Assembly (NCBI GenBank): GCA_038045665.1
Contig: JBBSXW010000007.1
Span: 1 to 56,443 of the forward strand
DNA from: Nanobdellota archaeon
Lineage (GTDB): Archaea; Nanobdellota; Nanobdellia; SCGC-AAA011-G17; JACPIM01
Direction: 5' to 3'
DNA length: 56,443 bases
Shown here one piece after another: positions 18,732-30,215 of the stretch; position 1 is the first letter of the stretch, and each line of letters opens with the position of its first letter. A program made the position numbers and the translations under genes. The notes beneath the pieces are model-generated. The model did no database searches. It saw only the letters and a program-made list of their open reading frames with translations, and was not told the DNA's origin.

Positions 18732-20039
18732 ATGGATAAACAACTAATACTTGAAATTTTACAAGACTGGAACTTTTGGGAAAAACCATTGGAGAGTGGG
18801 AAACCGCGACAAGGCTATACCAAAAAATTCATGGGCCTTTTAAAAACTAATGTAACTATTGCAATTATCGGCATTAGAAGGTCTGGCAAGTCTTACATTA
18901 TGAGACAGATAATAGAGAAATTACTTGAAAATAAAATTGACAATAAAAATATACTGATGGTCAATTTCGAAGATAAGCGATTTGTAGAATTCTATTCTGG
19001 ACTTTTAGATGAGATTTATGAAGTTTATCTCGAAATTTTGAGACCGGATAAGAAACCGTTCATATTATTAGATGAAGTTCATACTGTACCGAATTGGGAG
19101 AGATGGGTAAGAACGATGCATGAATTAGGAAAGGCAAAAATAGTTGTTTCTGGGTCTTCTTCTAAACTGCTTGCTGGCGAACTAGCAACCGTGCTTACTG
19201 GGAGACATTTAGATGTTTTTGTTTTTCCGCTAAGTTTTAAGGAGTTTCTTTATTTTAAAGGACTGGAAATAAAAAATGAATTAAGTTTGGTATCGAAAAA
19301 AATAGAAATAAGGCGTTATCTTAATGAGTATTTTGAGTTTGGTGGCTTTCCAGAAGTTAGTTTAAGCAATGAAAAAAAACAGTTATTGCTGACTTACTTT
19401 GACGATATCCTCACCAAGGATATAGAGAAGAGGTACGACATAAAAGAAAAAGAAAAATTAAGGGGATTGGCGAGATTCTACGTGACAAATATTTCTGCTA
19501 GTATAACCTTCAATTCGCTTAAGCGCTTCTTAAACACAACTACAAACACTATAGAAAAGTTTTCTTCGTATCTGGAGGAAACAAATATAATCTTTTTTAT
19601 AAAGCGTTTTTCTTTTAAGATCAAAGAGCAAGAAAAATCGCCAAGAAAGGTATACGCTACTGATATCGGTTTAGCGAATGCTGTTGGATTTAGATTTAGC
19701 TCTGATATTGGAAGAGTGGCCGAGAATATAGTGGCGGTCGAACTGCAAAGGAAGAAAAGATCGGACCTGGATTTAGCTGTATACTATTGGAAGAATCTCA
19801 AACATGAGGAAGTAGATTTTGTTGTCAAAGAAGGATTAAAAATAAAACAGTTAATACAAGTCTGCTGGGATATAAATAAATACAAAACGAAAGAACGTGA
19901 AATCAGAGCATTGATAAAAGCAAGCAAAGAACTCAAATGCAATAATCTGCTTTTAATAACTGAAAACTATGACAAAGAAGAAAGTGTAAATGGTAGAATA
20001 ATTAAATTTATGCCCTTGTGGAAATGGCTCTTGGCCTGA
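18732..20039 (+). CDS. AAA-type ATPase with DUF4143-like C-terminal domain
   Basis: Walker A is GIRRSGKS and Walker B is ILLDEVH. The C-terminal region (VDFVV...) has the AAA_14+DUF4143 architecture common in archaea. Confidence 0.7.
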   Translation: MDKQLILEILQDWNFWEKPLESGKPRQGYTKKFMGLLKTNVTIAIIGIRRSGKSYIMRQIIEKLLENKIDNKNILMVNFEDKRFVEFYSGLLDEIYEVYLEILRPDKKPFILLDEVHTVPNWERWVRTMHELGKAKIVVSGSSSKLLAGELATVLTGRHLDVFVFPLSFKEFLYFKGLEIKNELSLVSKKIEIRRYLNEYFEFGGFPEVSLSNEKKQLLLTYFDDILTKDIEKRYDIKEKEKLRGLARFYVTNISASITFNSLKRFLNTTTNTIEKFSSYLEETNIIFFIKRFSFKIKEQEKSPRKVYATDIGLANAVGFRFSSDIGRVAENIVAVELQRKKRSDLDLAVYYWKNLKHEEVDFVVKEGLKIKQLIQVCWDINKYKTKEREIRALIKASKELKCNNLLLITENYDKEESVNGRIIKFMPLWKWLLA

Positions 20040-20048
20040 TTGTTTTTA

Positions 20049-20120
20049 CCAGAGATTAGTAAAGGACAAGTTGCTCAATCTGAGAGAACGTTGATTGTTG
20101 GGAAGGGCACTATTTTTTAG
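20049..20120 (+). pseudogene. Orphan duplicate of the last 23 codons of map
   Basis: It translates to PEISKGQVAQSERTLIVGKGTIF*, against PEISKGQVAQAERTLIVGKGVIN* at 18587..18658. Many nucleotide differences are synonymous. Confidence 0.7.
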
Positions 20121-20160
20121 TAGAATTAACTTGTATATAAAGCCTTCCATTAATTACTAC

Positions 20161-21240
20161 TTATAAATTATTACTTATCAAATAGCTATCCAGCTTTGCT
20201 AATAGTTTCTTTTGCTCACTATCTAATTTTTTAGGCACGTCTATTATAGCTCTTACAAACATGTCGCCTTTTCCATAACCATTAAGCTTCATAATTCCTT
20301 CGCCTTTTAATCTAAAGATAGTATGACTCTGTGTTCCTGCAGGAATCTTTATCTTTGCTTTTCCGTTTAAAGTTGGAACTTCTATTTTTCCACCTAAGAC
20401 TGCTGTTGTAAATTTGATTGGAACATCTAAGTAGACATCTACGCCCTCTCTTTGGAATATTTTATGCGGGATAACGTGCAGTACGACAAATAAATCTCCT
20501 GCTATGCCGTCTTCGCTTATCTCTCCATTGCCTGCAAGCCTTAGTTGAGTCCCATTATCTACGCCGCCCGGTATATCAATAGCGATGGTCTTTATTTTTT
20601 CGATGGTTTTTTTCCCGTGGCAGGTTTTGCATTTTTCTTTTATTATTTTGCCTTCGCCATGACATTTATTACAAGTTGTGATTTGTGTTATTGCGCCAAA
20701 TGGAGTTCTCGTTACTCTTCTAACTTGACCGGAACCATTGCAATTAGTGCAGTTGTCAAAATTATTGTTATGCGCACCTGAACCATTGCAAGTTGTACAT
20801 ATCTCTCTTAATGGGAGTTCTATTTCTTTTTTTGCACCGAATGCTGATTCTTCAAAGGTTATTTCCAAATCGTATCTTAAGTTCACTCCTCTTCTTTTTG
20901 CCCTTCTTCCACCTCTGCCAAAAAATATGTCAAAAACATTATCGAAATCGCCAAAACCGAAATCTCTAAAAATATCAAAGTTGAAATCTCTAAAGATATC
21001 TTCTTGAGAAAATCTTTGATCAAAGCCATCGTGACCGAATTGATCGTAATGCGCTCTTTTTTGGTCATCATTTAAGACAGCATAAGCTTCAGAGATTTCC
21101 TTGAATTTTTCTTCTGTGGACTTATCTTTCGTTATATCCGGATGGTATTTTTTTGCTAACTGCTTATATGATTTTTTAATCTCTTCTTTAGATGCATTTT
21201 TAGGAATTCCAAGAATTTCATAGTAGTCTTTTTTTGCCAT
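20161..21240 (-). CDS. dnaJ: Chaperone DnaJ
   Basis: J domain with the HPD motif (YHPDITK), a G/F region and four CxxCxGxG zinc-finger repeats. Confidence 0.93.
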   Translation of the reverse strand: MAKKDYYEILGIPKNASKEEIKKSYKQLAKKYHPDITKDKSTEEKFKEISEAYAVLNDDQKRAHYDQFGHDGFDQRFSQEDIFRDFNFDIFRDFGFGDFDNVFDIFFGRGGRRAKRRGVNLRYDLEITFEESAFGAKKEIELPLREICTTCNGSGAHNNNFDNCTNCNGSGQVRRVTRTPFGAITQITTCNKCHGEGKIIKEKCKTCHGKKTIEKIKTIAIDIPGGVDNGTQLRLAGNGEISEDGIAGDLFVVLHVIPHKIFQREGVDVYLDVPIKFTTAVLGGKIEVPTLNGKAKIKIPAGTQSHTIFRLKGEGIMKLNGYGKGDMFVRAIIDVPKKLDSEQKKLLAKLDSYLISNNL

Positions 21241-21242
21241 AT

Positions 21243-23102
21243 TTATTTCTTTTTATCATCTTTAACTTCGTAATCAGCATCTACTACATTTTCGTCTTTT
21301 TTATTTTTGGTTCCTGATTGGGCTTGTTGTTTGCTTGCTTGTTCTTCTGCTATTTTTTTATACAGTTCTGTTGACATTTCCTGTGCTAGCTTGTTCATTT
21401 CTTCCATTTTTTGTTTTATTTTTGCAATGTCTTTCTTCTCTTCTTTTAGCAATGATTTAAGTCCTTCTATATACTCCTTTATGTCTTCAAGTTTTTTATT
21501 GTCCGCTTTGTCTCCTAAATCCTTAAGTAGTTTTTCAGTTGTGTAGACTAAGGTGTCTGCTTGGTTTATTGTTTCTACTTCTTCCATTCTTTTTTTATCC
21601 TGATCTGCGAATTGCTCTGCTTCTTTTCTCATTTTTTCTACTTCTTCGTCGCTTAATTTAGTTGTTGCTGTAATCTTGATTGATTGCTCTTTTCCTGTAC
21701 CTAAGTCTTTTGCAGATACGTTTACAATTCCATTTGCATCTATATCAAACGTAACTTCAATTTGGGGTATTCCTCTAGGGGCTGGTGGTATGCCTATTAA
21801 ATCGAATCTTCCAAGTGTTTTGTTATCCGCAGCCATTGCTCTTTCTCCTTGCAAAACATTAATGCTTACTGCTTGCTGATTGTCGTCTGCTGTAGAGAAT
21901 ATTTTTGATTTTTTAGTTGGAATTGTTGTATTTCTTTCAATAAGTTTAGTAAATACCCCGCCCAAAGTTTCAATACCCAAACTTAATGGTGTAACATCTA
22001 ATAATAGTACATCCTTTACTTCCCCAGAGAGTACACCAGCTTGAATTGCTGCCCCCTGAGCAACACACTCCATCGGATCTACTCCTCTTTCAACTTTCTT
22101 GCCCACTAAATTCTCTACAAATTTTTGTAAAATTGGCATCCTCGTTGGACCACCAACTAAAATTATCTTATCTATATCATTCTTAGTTAATTTAGCATCT
22201 TTCAATGCTTGCTCTACAGGATGTCTGCATTTTTCTATAATTGAATCAATAAGTTTTTCTAGAAGTGAACGAGTAAATTTAATAGTGAGATGTTTTGGCC
22301 CTTTATCTGTTGAAGTTATGAACGGCAAGTTAACTTCAGTTTCCATGGTTGTTGAAAGTTCTATTTTTGCTTTTTCAGCTGCTTCTCTTATTCTTTGCAA
22401 GGCTGTATCGTCTTCATTTAAGTCAATGCCGGTGTCTTTCTTGAATTCATTAATAATATATCTCATCAGAGCTTCGTCCATATCTGTTCCGCCAAGTTGC
22501 GTATCACCAGAAGTGGACTTTACTTCAAATACTCCATCGCCGAATTCCATTATGGTAACATCTAGTGTTCCACCGCCGAAATCAAAAACTAGAATTTTAA
22601 GCTCTTGTTTTTGCTTGTCTAGACCATAGGCCATTGAAGCTGCAGTAGGTTCATTCACTAGTCTTACTACTTCCAGCCCGGCTATTTGGCCTGCATCTTT
22701 TGTTGCCTGCCTTTGATTGTCATCAAAATATGCTGGAACTGTTAGGACTGCTTTTTCAATTTTTTCACCCAAGAATTCTTCAGCATCTTTTTTGATTTTT
22801 TGTAAAATAAAAGCTGAGATTTGTTGTGGTGCATATTCCTTGCCATGTATTTTATATTTGTGATTAGAACCCATTTTTCTTTTGGCTGCAGTAATTGTGC
22901 CTTGTGGATTAGAAACTGCTTGTCGTCTTGCTGGTTCGCCCACTAAAACTTGACCATCTTTTGTAAATGCAACAACAGAAGGAAATGCTTTTCCATACAA
23001 AGTAGAACCTTCTGCGCTAGGGATTATTTTTGGTCTGCCTGCTTCTAGTATAGCGGCAGCAGAGTTACTGGTACCTAAATCGCATCCTAGGATTTTAGAC
23101 AT
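21243..23102 (-). CDS. dnaK: Chaperone DnaK (Hsp70)
   Basis: [18 protein letters not shown] and VGGPTRMP are the Hsp70 signatures. Confidence 0.95.
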   Translation of the reverse strand: MSKILGCDLGTSNSAAAILEAGRPKIIPSAEGSTLYGKAFPSVVAFTKDGQVLVGEPARRQAVSNPQGTITAAKRKMGSNHKYKIHGKEYAPQQISAFILQKIKKDAEEFLGEKIEKAVLTVPAYFDDNQRQATKDAGQIAGLEVVRLVNEPTAASMAYGLDKQKQELKILVFDFGGGTLDVTIMEFGDGVFEVKSTSGDTQLGGTDMDEALMRYIINEFKKDTGIDLNEDDTALQRIREAAEKAKIELSTTMETEVNLPFITSTDKGPKHLTIKFTRSLLEKLIDSIIEKCRHPVEQALKDAKLTKNDIDKIILVGGPTRMPILQKFVENLVGKKVERGVDPMECVAQGAAIQAGVLSGEVKDVLLLDVTPLSLGIETLGGVFTKLIERNTTIPTKKSKIFSTADDNQQAVSINVLQGERAMAADNKTLGRFDLIGIPPAPRGIPQIEVTFDIDANGIVNVSAKDLGTGKEQSIKITATTKLSDEEVEKMRKEAEQFADQDKKRMEEVETINQADTLVYTTEKLLKDLGDKADNKKLEDIKEYIEGLKSLLKEEKKDIAKIKQKMEEMNKLAQEMSTELYKKIAEEQASKQQAQSGTKNKKDENVVDADYEVKDDKKK

Positions 23103-23655
23103 TTTGATTTACCTCCAAAACTTTTTCCTCTTGTTTTGGTGATTTTTTACCATTTGAGATTATGACTTTTGCTGGTCGCAAAAGATTATTATTAAATAAA
23201 TATCCTTTTTGAATTTCTTCAACTACGGTGTCTTCTTCTAAATCACTATCGACTTTTTTTATAACCTCGTGCATGAAGGGGTCATATCTTTTTCCCAAAG
23301 AGTTTATGGGCCTAAGTCCTTGCTCTTCAAGTGTTTTGTATAATCTTTTAAATATCATTTGCATACCTTCAGAAATACTTTCTTTTTCCTTGTGCTCATT
23401 GATTATTTTTAGAGCTCTTTCAAAGTCATCAATTATTGGAAGCAGGCTTGAGGTTAATTCCTGTTTGGCCACTATTATTAGTGATTCTTTTTCCTTATGA
23501 CTTCTTTTTATGTGGTTTTCAAATTCTGCTTGTAATCTCTTAATATCATTAATGTATAAGTTAATTTTTTCCTCTGTTTCTTTTAACTTTAGCTCTAGCT
23601 GCTTAGATGAGTCTTCCTTTTTTTCTATTGTTTTCACTTGGGATTTTTTTGTCAT
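23095..23655 (-). CDS. grpE: Nucleotide exchange factor GrpE
   Basis: Coiled-coil N-terminus, [11 protein letters not shown] and a C-terminal beta domain. It overlaps the dnaK start by 8 nt. Confidence 0.85.
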   Translation of the reverse strand: MTKKSQVKTIEKKEDSSKQLELKLKETEEKINLYINDIKRLQAEFENHIKRSHKEKESLIIVAKQELTSSLLPIIDDFERALKIINEHKEKESISEGMQMIFKRLYKTLEEQGLRPINSLGKRYDPFMHEVIKKVDSDLEEDTVVEEIQKGYLFNNNLLRPAKVIISNGKKSPKQEEKVLEVNQNV

Positions 23656-23674
23656 TTTTAAGATCCTGAGAACT

Positions 23675-25966
23675 TTAACCTAAGTAATTGGGAATTCTTT
23701 GAATCGCTGCCCTTGCACGTCTGATGTAATTTTCTTCCATTTCACTATATGCTTTGAGATCTTCCTCCCTTATGGATGGTTTAATTTTTTCTAGCGCTTC
23801 TTCAAAGTTTGTCATCTCAACTCTTCTTGATTTAATGTTTTTTCTTAAAGCTATCAAAGCTGCCTCTCGACATATTCCTTCTATATCCGCGCCCGCATAG
23901 TTTGCTGTTCGCTTTGCTAGGTCTGAGATGTCTACGTCATCTGCCAGAGGCATATTCCTTGTGTGTATTCTGAATATAACCTCCCTTGCAAGTTCATTTG
24001 GAACTTTTGTTGAGAGTATTTTATCAAATCTTCCTGGCCTTAGCAAACCAGGATCAATCATGTCGATTCTGTTAGTGGCGGCTATAACGACGACATCGTG
24101 CAATTCTTCCAAGCCGTCCATTTCAACGAGCAATTGGTTAACTACCCTTTCTGTAACTCTTGAACTATCATCTAAGCCCCTGTAATGCGCAATTGCATCT
24201 ATTTCGTCAAAGAAAATAATACATGGCGATACCTGTCTTGCCTTTTCAAAAATTTTACGAATTCCCTTTTCGCTATCTCCCACCCATTTAGAAATTAATT
24301 CTGGACCTTTAACATAAATGAAGTTTGCTTCTGACTCATTTGCTACTGCTTTTGCAATTTGAGTTTTGCCTGTTCCAGGTGGACCGTAAAGTAAAATTCC
24401 CCTAGGTGCACGAATGCCCATTGCTGTAAAAACTTGCGGATGCTTTAGAGGCCATTCTACTGCTTCATTTAATTCTTGTTTTAGACTATCTAAGCCACCG
24501 ATATCTTCCCAATGAACATTGGGTGTTTCTATTAATACTTCCCTTAATGCAGAGGGCCTAACAATTTTAAGGGCATCTTTAAAGTCCCTATCAGTTATGC
24601 TTAGCTTGTCTAGTACTTCTTTTGGGAATTCTTTTGATTCCTTTAGGTCTATGCCAGGCAATATTCTCCTTAATGCACTCATTGCAGCTTCTTTTGCAAG
24701 CGCCGATATGTCTGCACCAACAAATCCATGAGTCACTTCTGCTAATCTTTCTAAGCTGACGTCTTTTGCTAACGGCGTGTTTCTTGTATGTATCTTCAAG
24801 ATATTTAATCTGCCATGTTTATTTGGTACGCCGATTGAGATTTCCCTGTCAAATCTTCCTGGCCTTCTTAATGCCGGATCTAGAGCGTTTGGCCTATTTG
24901 TTGCACCTATGACAATGACTTTTCCTCTGCTTTTCAATCCGTCCATCATAGCAAGCATTTGCGAAACCATTCTCCTCTCTACTTCGCCATATGTTTCTTC
25001 TCTTTTTGGTGCAATTGAATCTATTTCATCAATGAAAATAATAGATGGTGCGTTTTTTTCTGCTTCCTGAAAGATTTCTCGAACTCTTTTCTCTGTTTCC
25101 CCGTAAAATTTTGAGGTTAATTCGGGCCCATTTACTAAAATAAAATTAGCATCTGACTCGTTTGCTACTGCTTTTGCTATTAATGTTTTTCCCGTGCCTG
25201 GAGGGCCGTGCAATAAAACGCCTTTTGGCGGATCGACTCCTAGCCGAGTAAATAACTCTGGGTGCTTCAAAGGAAGTTCAACCATCTCCCTTAATTTTTT
25301 GACTTCGTCCTCTAAACCGCCGATGTCTTCGTAAGTTACCTCTGGTACATGCGACTCTTCTGAGACTTCAACCGCCTTTGAAGAAATTCTTATTTCTGTG
25401 TTCTCTGTCACGATAACTGCTTGCTTCGGATTTGTATCTGCCACTATGAACTTTAAAGAACCGAATCCGAAATTCCCCATGAATCCTTGTTCAAAAACAT
25501 CAAATATGTCTTCGAATGGCGAACCTGCCATTGTTCTTCTTCTCGATCTTGTTCCGCCGAGTGCGACAATATCTCCTTTTGCTATCGGCCTTCCTAATAG
25601 CCCTTTTTTGAATAGCTCTGGATCTGCTTGGATCATAACTCCTTGCTGTGCTGGGGCTATGATAATTGACTTTGCTTCTTTGATTTCTGCTGCCCTTACT
25701 GTAACTAACTCGCCTATGCCTGTGCGTGCATTTCTTCTAAGAATGCCATCCATCCTTATTATGGATTGCCCAATATCAGTTGGGTATGCCCTATCTACAA
25801 TGCCTACAGTCGCTCTGCCCCCTTCTATTTCTATTATGTCGCCAGCACGAACGTTGATCTGGCGCATTGTTTGAGAGTCTATACGTATAATGCCCCTATA
25901 TGCTTCTTCTTGGAGGGCTTCTTGCACTTTCAACCGCACCTGGGCTCTTTTATCCTCAGTTTGCAT
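23675..25966 (-). CDS. cdc48: Cdc48/VCP-type AAA+ ATPase
   Basis: N-domain plus two AAA modules, each with a GPPGTGKT Walker A and a DEID Walker B. Confidence 0.93.
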   Translation of the reverse strand: MQTEDKRAQVRLKVQEALQEEAYRGIIRIDSQTMRQINVRAGDIIEIEGGRATVGIVDRAYPTDIGQSIIRMDGILRRNARTGIGELVTVRAAEIKEAKSIIIAPAQQGVMIQADPELFKKGLLGRPIAKGDIVALGGTRSRRRTMAGSPFEDIFDVFEQGFMGNFGFGSLKFIVADTNPKQAVIVTENTEIRISSKAVEVSEESHVPEVTYEDIGGLEDEVKKLREMVELPLKHPELFTRLGVDPPKGVLLHGPPGTGKTLIAKAVANESDANFILVNGPELTSKFYGETEKRVREIFQEAEKNAPSIIFIDEIDSIAPKREETYGEVERRMVSQMLAMMDGLKSRGKVIVIGATNRPNALDPALRRPGRFDREISIGVPNKHGRLNILKIHTRNTPLAKDVSLERLAEVTHGFVGADISALAKEAAMSALRRILPGIDLKESKEFPKEVLDKLSITDRDFKDALKIVRPSALREVLIETPNVHWEDIGGLDSLKQELNEAVEWPLKHPQVFTAMGIRAPRGILLYGPPGTGKTQIAKAVANESEANFIYVKGPELISKWVGDSEKGIRKIFEKARQVSPCIIFFDEIDAIAHYRGLDDSSRVTERVVNQLLVEMDGLEELHDVVVIAATNRIDMIDPGLLRPGRFDKILSTKVPNELAREVIFRIHTRNMPLADDVDISDLAKRTANYAGADIEGICREAALIALRKNIKSRRVEMTNFEEALEKIKPSIREEDLKAYSEMEENYIRRARAAIQRIPNYLG

Positions 25967-25967
25967 T

Positions 25968-26381
25968 TTAAAATCTCCTTATTTTTCTTGAAAAAAACAA
26001 TGATAATTTTTCTGGTTCTTCTAGGGTCATATTTATCAGCTTATTAATCTCTCTGTGCATTTCTTCTTGGAAGTCTATGATTTCCCTAGGGATAGATACA
26101 ATATAAGAGTTTCCAACTAGCCTTAATTTTACTTGAAATGGTTTGTTTTTGAGCTGGTCGAATTGTTTGAATTTCTCTAAATCCATAGGGTGGTAAATTA
26201 GCTTGCCGCAATTTGGACATTCTTTTGCTCTTAGTTTATAGTTGCCTTTGTGGATAGTGGTACCTATAGTTTTAACATCGCATTTGTTACATACTATCTC
26301 GTTATCAAATATATCTTCCATGTGTATATTTTTAGTATATACAACTTGTATATAAATATTTCGTTTATGGCGGCTTTGCAC
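25968..26381 (-). CDS. Zinc-ribbon plus AbrB-like small protein, abutting cdc48
   Basis: CNKC...CPNCGK ribbon, then FQVKLRLVGNSYIVSIPREIIDF. The stop at 25968 lies 1 nt from the cdc48 ATG at 25966. The real start is probably MEDIF at 26321. Confidence 0.5.
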   Translation of the reverse strand: MQSRHKRNIYIQVVYTKNIHMEDIFDNEIVCNKCDVKTIGTTIHKGNYKLRAKECPNCGKLIYHPMDLEKFKQFDQLKNKPFQVKLRLVGNSYIVSIPREIIDFQEEMHREINKLINMTLEEPEKLSLFFSRKIRRF

Positions 26382-26404
26382 AAATGTGCTAATAATTTAG
26401 ATAA

Positions 26405-27265
26405 TTATGATTTTTCCCTCAATAAAATCCTTTTAGCGTTGTTATACATGATATCTTCCTTTTCTTCTTTTTTTAAGTTTAATTCATTTAAAACCTTCAT
26501 TTGTTCATTTAAGATATGTTTCCTATATCCGTGCGGAAATATTCTTGTATCGGATCCATAGATTATTCCTTTAGATCCGAAAACTTCTAAAGATTTCTTA
26601 AAAATATATTTCAAAGTTAATGGCAAATCCTGATGTACCATCCAATTATTTGTTCCAGATGAGTCAACAAACAAATTGTCTTGTTTATATTTTAACATTA
26701 AAACCTCTCTGAAATAACCAGCTCCAAAATGGGCAATTACAAAATTAATGTGCGGAAAATCTCTCAGTACGCGTGAGAGCATGACTGGGTTTCCGTATCT
26801 AAGATCTGCTGTCCTTCCAATTGATACTCCAAAATGGATTACTATTGGTAATTTATGCTTTTCACAAAATTCATAAATTGGATAACATTTAGAGCTACCA
26901 ACGTCAAAACCTTGTTGAGAAGGATACATCTTTACGCCGGACATATCGGCTTTTATTTCTTTTTCTAATTTTTCTAAGGCGTCTTCTTCTGAAGGGTTTA
27001 TTGGGGCCATGCCATAAAACCTATCGCTAGAATTAATGAAATCAATAAAATCTTGGCTCATGTGTGTTGTCCCCATAAAAATTGTTTTTTCAATATTTAA
27101 TTTATCCATGGCGTCTAACCAAGCTTTTTTATGCTCTTCGACATTTTTTTCTGTAAACTCATGACTCAATCTCTGTTTTTCATTCTCGGAAATATTGCTG
27201 AGCATATTCTTTATAATGTTTACATTAATCATGTGTGAATGACCATCAATTATTTTGGAGACCAT
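26405..27265 (-). CDS. TIM-barrel metal-dependent hydrolase (Amidohydro_2-like)
   Basis: The N-terminal IDGHSHM and later VIHFG/IAHFG histidines follow the amidohydrolase pattern. Confidence 0.65.
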   Translation of the reverse strand: MVSKIIDGHSHMINVNIIKNMLSNISENEKQRLSHEFTEKNVEEHKKAWLDAMDKLNIEKTIFMGTTHMSQDFIDFINSSDRFYGMAPINPSEEDALEKLEKEIKADMSGVKMYPSQQGFDVGSSKCYPIYEFCEKHKLPIVIHFGVSIGRTADLRYGNPVMLSRVLRDFPHINFVIAHFGAGYFREVLMLKYKQDNLFVDSSGTNNWMVHQDLPLTLKYIFKKSLEVFGSKGIIYGSDTRIFPHGYRKHILNEQMKVLNELNLKKEEKEDIMYNNAKRILLREKS

Positions 27266-27338
27266 TTTTGTATAGTTCTTTTTGTCTTATTTAAATGTAA
27301 CTTACAATAGAAAATACCTTCTCCAATAAATAAAGGGA

Positions 27339-27346
27339 TTTAAATA
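27339..27346 (+). promoter_or_regulatory. TATA-box-like TTTAAATA upstream of radB
   Basis: Centred about 24 nt upstream of the ATG at 27367. Confidence 0.4.
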
Positions 27347-27366
27347 GAGGTTTATCGATAATTAAT

Positions 27367-27996
27367 ATGATAAGTTCTGGGAATAAAGATTTGGATAGTG
27401 CTATTGGTTGTTTTGAAAAGGAATTGAATCTTGTATATGGTCCGGCAGCTAGCGGTAAGACAACGCTTTCTAAGATAATCGCTATTGGTTTACTTGATAA
27501 AAATAAGAAGGTTGTATTCCTGGATACGGAAAACGGATTTTCCGTTGACAGATTTATGCAACTTTGCGGTTCAAATTATCTTTATTATTTAGATAAACTG
27601 CTATTATTGAAGGTAAACTCATTTGAAGAGCAATGCAATAAAATCGATCAGCTTTTGTATTTTGTGAATGTCGATTTGGTGATTGTTGATTCATTGGGCG
27701 CGCTTTATAGAAAAGAAGTAAGGGAAAATCCTAATGATGTAAACAAGAAAATTGAGAGACAATTAAGAATTTTGACTGAATTGACGAGAAGAGGAATAAC
27801 GGTCATTGTAACTAATCAAGTATACACAAACCCAGAAACTGGAGAAATTCAGAATGTTGGCGGCGAGATGGTTAAGAAATGGGCAAAAAAATTAATTGAG
27901 TTGCAGAAGGATCCGAGAAAGATTATTTTGAGAAGACCTGAGGAAAAAGAAGTTTTGTTTGAGATTATGAATGACGGTATTAAGATTATTTCTTAA
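27367..27996 (+). CDS. radB: RecA-superfamily protein RadB
   Basis: 209 aa with Walker A GPAASGKTT, Walker B LVIVDS and no N-terminal HhH domain, so RadB-like rather than RadA. Confidence 0.72.
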   Translation: MISSGNKDLDSAIGCFEKELNLVYGPAASGKTTLSKIIAIGLLDKNKKVVFLDTENGFSVDRFMQLCGSNYLYYLDKLLLLKVNSFEEQCNKIDQLLYFVNVDLVIVDSLGALYRKEVRENPNDVNKKIERQLRILTELTRRGITVIVTNQVYTNPETGEIQNVGGEMVKKWAKKLIELQKDPRKIILRRPEEKEVLFEIMNDGIKIIS

Positions 27997-27999
27997 GCT

Positions 28000-30144
28000 T
28001 TAGCTGTTGTTTTTTATATATTTACATTGAGGGAATGCCGTGCAAGCGATGAATTCGCCATAAATTCCCTTCCTTACTACTAATTTGCTATTGCATTTTG
28101 GACAAATTTCGCCTTTGCCCAGTTTAATTTTAGACTTTTTACTCGGGCAGTCGATATTCAAGCAAATTTCTCGAGGTCTCTTCATTTTTTGTATTATAGA
28201 GATTATTGGATAATTGCATTCCTTGCAGAGAGTCTTTGTCGACTTAATCAGTGCCTTATTTGGAACTGAAAAAGTAGTTTTGCACTTTGGATATTGGTCG
28301 CACGCAACAAAGTTTCCAAACTTGCCTCTTCTCAAGTTGAGCAAGCCTTTTTCGCAATGCGGACACTTACCAATCAAAGAAGCTTGCGCTTGAGTTTCTC
28401 TTGTTGCTTCTAGTAATGACTTACCTATTTTTAACTCGTTTTCCTTAAAATCTTTCAAAATCTTTATGAGAACTTTTTTTGCCTCGTCTAATATTTCTTT
28501 GGGTTGTTTTTTTCCTTCCTGAATTGATTCGAGCTCTTCTTCGAAATGCCTAGTTAATTTTTCATCTAAGATTTCTGGTACGTATTTTTTTAATGTTTGG
28601 ATGGTTCTCAATCCTAAATCTGTAACTTCTATTGATTTTTCCTGAACATAATACCTTTGGTACAATGTATCGAGGATTATGCTTCTGGTTGATTTTGTTC
28701 CGAGGCCAAGAGATTCTAGTTTTTTAATAATTGATGCTTGAGTATATCTCTTTGGTGGTTGAGTTTCCTTTTCGTGTAAAGTTACGTTTTTAACCTTTAG
28801 TTCTTGTCCTTCTTTTAAGTCTGGCAATGATTGTTCTTCGAATTTGGCGAATCTCCCATACAAGACATGCCATCCCTTTTCAACTGTCCTGGTTCCTGAC
28901 GAGATGAATTTTTCGTTATCAATATTAATTTCTATGTTCATTGTTTCTCTCTTTGCGTTATTTCCAAATGTTGCTAAAAATCTATGAGCAATTAACTCGA
29001 AGAGCTTTGCTTCTTGCGGCGCCATTTTCCCTATCTCGCCTGTGACAAAAATTGCTGGATGCGCAGGGTCTGTTTTTTTGCCTTCGTGCGGAACTAATTT
29101 TTTTGGCAGCATGGCGATGAGCTTAGCGAAATTTGTTTGTTTTGATAATTTATCGAGGAGTTTTTTATAACCTAAAGATGGAGGAAGTTTTTGGGATGAT
29201 GTTCTAGGATAAGAGATAAAGCCTGCTATATAGAGATTTTGTGCTAATTGTAATGTTTGTTTTGGTGTAAAACCTAATTGTTTATAGGCTTCTATTTGCA
29301 AAGAAGTCAAATCGAATGGGTGCGGAGGTTTCTGAATTTTTATGGTTCTTTTAATTGAATTGACAATGGCTGGTTTGCCTTTGATATTTTTTAGTATGTC
29401 CGCTGCTTGGTTTTTGTCATTAAACTTACCTTTTTCATGAAAGGCGCTTAATTTGTCCGTGATTAATTCTATTTCCCAATAGGGTTCTGGTTTGAATTTT
29501 TTTATTTCCAGCTCTCTTTTGGATAGCAAGGCCAAGGCTGGTCCTTGTACTCTACCTATTGACATTATCTTAAATGAGCCCGCTTCTTTTATCGAGAGTG
29601 TAAGTGCTCTTGAAAGTGATATGCCATAAAAAAAATCTAGGATGTGGCGCGTTTCTCCTGATTCTATTTGAGGAAAGTCTAGATGATTTGAAAGGTTTTC
29701 GTATGCATTGAGCAGGTCCTCTTTGGTCATTGTACTAAATTTCATTCTTTTTGCATCTTTCTTTTGGGCTATAAAACGCAAGCAATTGTAGCCTATTAAC
29801 GACCCTTCTATGTCAAAATCGCACGCTATAACAAACGAATCTGCATCTTTGCTTAACTTATAGAGAACATCGTAGTATTTTTTAGTGAAGTCGGCTTTTT
29901 TTCTTGCTTCATGAGCAGGTTTCCATGCAATATCAAATACAGGATATGTCCATCCTTTCTTGTTTTTTTCAGCCAAAACAAATAGATGGCCAACTGCAGA
30001 AGCAACAAATATTGTTTTGTTATTTTTCTTTATTTCGTAAAAATAAACCTTATCTATTGAATGTTTTTTTAGACTCCCATTTGCTAAAGCTTGCGCTACT
30101 TTAAGTGCAGCAGATGGTTTTTCGCAAATAATCAATTCGTGCAT
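28000..30144 (-). CDS. topA: DNA topoisomerase I (type IA) with C-terminal zinc ribbons
   Basis: Toprim N-terminus LIICEKPS, the active-site tyrosine context GFISYPRTSS and several C-terminal CxxC...CxxC fingers. Confidence 0.9.
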   Translation of the reverse strand: MHELIICEKPSAALKVAQALANGSLKKHSIDKVYFYEIKKNNKTIFVASAVGHLFVLAEKNKKGWTYPVFDIAWKPAHEARKKADFTKKYYDVLYKLSKDADSFVIACDFDIEGSLIGYNCLRFIAQKKDAKRMKFSTMTKEDLLNAYENLSNHLDFPQIESGETRHILDFFYGISLSRALTLSIKEAGSFKIMSIGRVQGPALALLSKRELEIKKFKPEPYWEIELITDKLSAFHEKGKFNDKNQAADILKNIKGKPAIVNSIKRTIKIQKPPHPFDLTSLQIEAYKQLGFTPKQTLQLAQNLYIAGFISYPRTSSQKLPPSLGYKKLLDKLSKQTNFAKLIAMLPKKLVPHEGKKTDPAHPAIFVTGEIGKMAPQEAKLFELIAHRFLATFGNNAKRETMNIEINIDNEKFISSGTRTVEKGWHVLYGRFAKFEEQSLPDLKEGQELKVKNVTLHEKETQPPKRYTQASIIKKLESLGLGTKSTRSIILDTLYQRYYVQEKSIEVTDLGLRTIQTLKKYVPEILDEKLTRHFEEELESIQEGKKQPKEILDEAKKVLIKILKDFKENELKIGKSLLEATRETQAQASLIGKCPHCEKGLLNLRRGKFGNFVACDQYPKCKTTFSVPNKALIKSTKTLCKECNYPIISIIQKMKRPREICLNIDCPSKKSKIKLGKGEICPKCNSKLVVRKGIYGEFIACTAFPQCKYIKNNS

Positions 30145-30215
30145 AAATGTATATCTAATTTTAATAAATTTTATAAAGCTTGCTTAAATTTTTAGAATTT
30201 TATTTTTATTCTAAT

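Noticed and set aside
22099-22629. 176-aa ORF antisense to dnaK, and similar long antisense ORFs at 339..572, 2388..2654, 9699..10094, 25398..25874, 37259..37627, 37787..38131, 39849..40277, 40715..40984 and 54247..54729
   Set aside because: All lie entirely within confidently identified genes on the opposite strand. They have low-complexity Ser/Pro/Leu/Phe-rich translations typical of antisense frames and no motifs.
20161-23655. grpE-dnaK-dnaJ operon as a novel horizontal transfer
   Set aside because: Bacterial-type Hsp70 operons in archaea are well known. The operon order and the overlaps are ordinary.
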